The notes under the pieces were generated by a model. That model did not search any database and was not told the DNA's origin. It worked only from the letters and a program-made list of their open reading frames with translations. A program made the translations under genes and the position numbers. Below are positions 62,201 to 64,000 of a DNA stretch of 64,000 nt, piece by piece. Source of the DNA: Phoronis australis (lineage: Eukaryota > Animalia > Phoronida); contig NMRA01000663.1 in NCBI GenBank assembly GCA_002633005.1, positions 27,391 through 91,390 of the forward strand, written 5' to 3'. Each line of letters begins with the position of its first letter. The first letter of the stretch is position 1.

Positions 62201-62423
62201 GTGCTTATCTGAATGATCTTTATACCCCCAAAGAATTTTTTCCACATTATGATTGCAAAAAAGCCTGTTGGCAACCGTTTTAGAAGCTATTTACCTCATG
62301 ACCTAATTTCTCCAAAGCCTGCTTAGCCAGCAACACTGCACGTCGAGAGGCCGGTAGGGTTGGGAAGACCCCTTCACATTCTGCGAAGAAACCAATTCTG
62401 AGAGGTCTCGTGTTCTTGTATAC
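53127..62423 (-). CDS. FAAH: FAAH-like paralog B, exons 9-16 (5' exons expected beyond 64000)
   Basis: Eight exons with the same sizes and phases as paralog A, intact GT-AG sites and no stops. Confidence 0.92.
53426..53537. repeat. ~52-bp tandem repeat, ~2.2 copies
   Basis: ggata..acagttcttggtgggtggtcttaccctcagttgtg.tataagagta occurs twice. Confidence 0.85.
54675..54814 (-). CDS. FAAH: FAAH-B exon 15
   Basis: 140 nt; LSPVCTIYN...DVFNYVVKK. Confidence 0.92.
55160..55268 (-). CDS. FAAH: FAAH-B exon 14
   Basis: 109 nt; KWRK...DSAL. Confidence 0.9.
55333..55657. mobile_element. MITE with CAGACCTGCCAAG TIR, specific to FAAH-B intron 13
   Basis: cagacctgccaag / cttggcaggtgtg; flanks ttatag/ttgtag; absent at the matching site in paralog A (~26520). 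Confidence 0.7.
56251..56290 (-). CDS. FAAH: FAAH-B exon 13
   Basis: 40 nt; SLKDEIDYTLEFE. Confidence 0.88.
56295..56582. repeat. 48-bp minisatellite, 6 copies, abutting the FAAH-B exon 13 acceptor
   Basis: Unit agtataaattaaacaatattacataataa(t/c)gcccatattggtcaacgc. Confidence 0.95.
57429..57472 (-). CDS. FAAH: FAAH-B exon 12
   Basis: 44 nt; SSFTSIVLRAMCGL. Confidence 0.87.
58385..58484 (-). CDS. FAAH: FAAH-B exon 11
   Basis: 100 nt; RGDSVSTPIQM...LKPL. Confidence 0.9.
60613..60710 (-). CDS. FAAH: FAAH-B exon 10
   Basis: 98 nt; VVPWQP...DFFCQGLFPNQGQEILDY. Confidence 0.9.
61274..62100 (+). mobile_element. Apparently complete Helentron/DINE-like non-autonomous element, family 1
   Basis: 5' AACAAGAGCAAC, internal ~145-bp subrepeats, cagac-type tract, 3' hairpin atgcacccacatat-aa-atatgtgggcgcat then AAAAAT; absent from paralog A. 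Confidence 0.65.
62295..62423 (-). CDS. FAAH: FAAH-B exon 9
   Basis: 129 nt; VYKNTRPLRIGFF...LGHE. Confidence 0.92.
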
Positions 62424-62589
62424 CTATAATAAATGAAAAGGTATTTAGTAATTGTAATGAACATTATAGTGTGAGCTTTTAATAGTCACAAAGCATTTAA
62501 ATACCAACAAACTACCATATTCTCCCTAATTAGCACCTAGGCTCTTAGAAAAATTCGTTTCGGGGGCGAGTGCTCATTGTGAACGAAGG

Positions 62590-63398
62590 CAGTGGTTTGG
62601 TTGATAGAGGGAGGACACCAAAAACAGACTAGAAAACAGTAAAAATGGCCACTAAATGGTGCAAAATATGTTGAATCTATCCGAAAATGGAAACATCACA
62701 TCATTTCCTAAATAGAAAGTTATTTCCAAAATTTCATAAAAACCTGTCAACTGAAGGAACTTCAGAGAAACAGAGAAAAGCGGAAAAAACTCAAATTGCC
62801 ACCAGGAGGCACACTGTTTGTCTGATCAGTCTGAAAATTTTGTTGTAAATTGTCAACTTCACATAAATACACTTGCTAAATTTAATAAAGATCCTGCCAT
62901 AGGTTTTGGAGATACAGTTATGGGTGCAAACAAAAAAACAAAATTGCCACTTAAGGAGGCGCCACAGTAGTCGAAGTTGTCGGAAAATCCTCGTCAACCG
63001 TCCTCCTCATACTAGAAACATACTTGACAATTTTCACGATCATCCTTAAGTTGTTTGGTTGATAGAGGGTCGGACTGGAAAAACAGACTCGAAAACAGTG
63101 AAAATGGCCATTAAGTGGTGCAAAATAACTCGAATGCATCCGTAAACGGGATGATAGCATCACCTCACTAATAGATGCCTATGTGCCAAGTTTCATGAAA
63201 ATCCGTTGAGGACCTTTCAAGATACAGAGGTAAATATAAAAACTAAAGTTGCCACTAGGATGCACATCGGTAGTCGGATCCGTCCGAAATTCGTCTTCAT
63301 ACGTCGTCACCTTCATAGGAACACATCTGCCAAATCTCATCAAAATACTAAAAGGGGTAATAGGAGATACAGATATAAATGTGTGGGCGCATAAAAAT
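62590..63398 (+). mobile_element. Second family-1 Helentron/DINE-like element (5' end uncertain)
   Basis: Five ~150-bp subrepeats and the same 3' end (tgtgggcgcataaaaat). Confidence 0.6.
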
Positions 63399-64000
63399 GT
63401 TGCACTTTTGTAGATAAGTTATGCAATATTTTGAGTTCTAATAAAGGTCATACTTGAACTACTGTATTGACATTTGTAGTTTTGTCTGCTGTGAAATGTT
63501 TAGAATAATGTAGCTGTAATCTGGAAAGTTAACGACTGGGCTCATAATTTATTTAACAATAAACTGACTTTTAAGTTTCACTAACAATCAAAATCTAATT
63601 ATTTTGACACAGACATCAAAGTATCAGGAAATACAATTTATTTTTGAGGGTTGAGAATATTCAAAATGTCAATAGCGGGGTTGCAACCGAATCGATTTAA
63701 CGATTGCGCATGTCCGGAAATTAGGGTGCGCAAAGGCTATTGGGATTGATAAGGGTAAATGGAATGGCCGATTGGTTTGCACGACGTGTGATTTGTGTGC
63801 ATTAAACTACGCTGCATTATGTAATTCTGCCGCTATTCGCCCTAATTAGCGCCCATGCCTCAACAAGTGCCCCAACGCGTTTTCAGACTTTGCTAAAGTA
63901 AGCGCCCAGCCCATGAACTACATGCGAAAAATGCCCTTACCTACAGTTCTAACGTCTCCAATTTATCAATTGAAAGATCCGACAGCCTGAATTTGTAACG

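Larger units (their letters stand above)
47666..63672 (+). repeat. Tandem segmental duplication, unit B (likely continues beyond window)
   Basis: See 20732-33670. Confidence 0.9.

Noticed and set aside
53127-62423. FAAH-B as an alternate haplotype of FAAH-A
   Set aside because: Intron divergence and many copy-specific insertions far exceed the divergence of the allele-like pair at 14-19.8 kb, and no gap separates the copies.

Overview
Eukaryotic (animal, probably heterozygous invertebrate) scaffold DNA, AT-rich and intron-rich, with gaps at 5928-6203, 16598-17310 and one n at 23057. Main content: (1) an unrecognised 402-aa single-coding-exon gene on + present twice around a gap (15332-16540, 18570-19778), most likely two uncollapsed haplotypes. 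(2) A complete 16-exon fatty-acid amide hydrolase (FAAH, amidase-signature) gene on - (41525->24176, 583 aa, Lys/Ser/Ser triad intact), rebuilt by hand from splice sites. (3) The 3' half (exons 9-16, 62423->53127) of a tandem FAAH paralog from an older ~27-30 kb segmental duplication. (4) Between the paralogs, a decayed CACTA/EnSpm transposase with a nested Harbinger MITE, and a hidden 3-exon pseudogene fragment. (5) Many non-autonomous DNA transposons: Harbinger derivatives, 5-bp-TSD CA..TG MITEs and Helentron/DINE-like elements with CTCF-like motif arrays. Strongest signal: the two FAAH paralogs are near-identical in scaffold exons but differ at positions that align with the mammalian acyl-chain pocket. 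All alignments and counts were done by eye; no database search was possible, and I found no clearly novel biological system.
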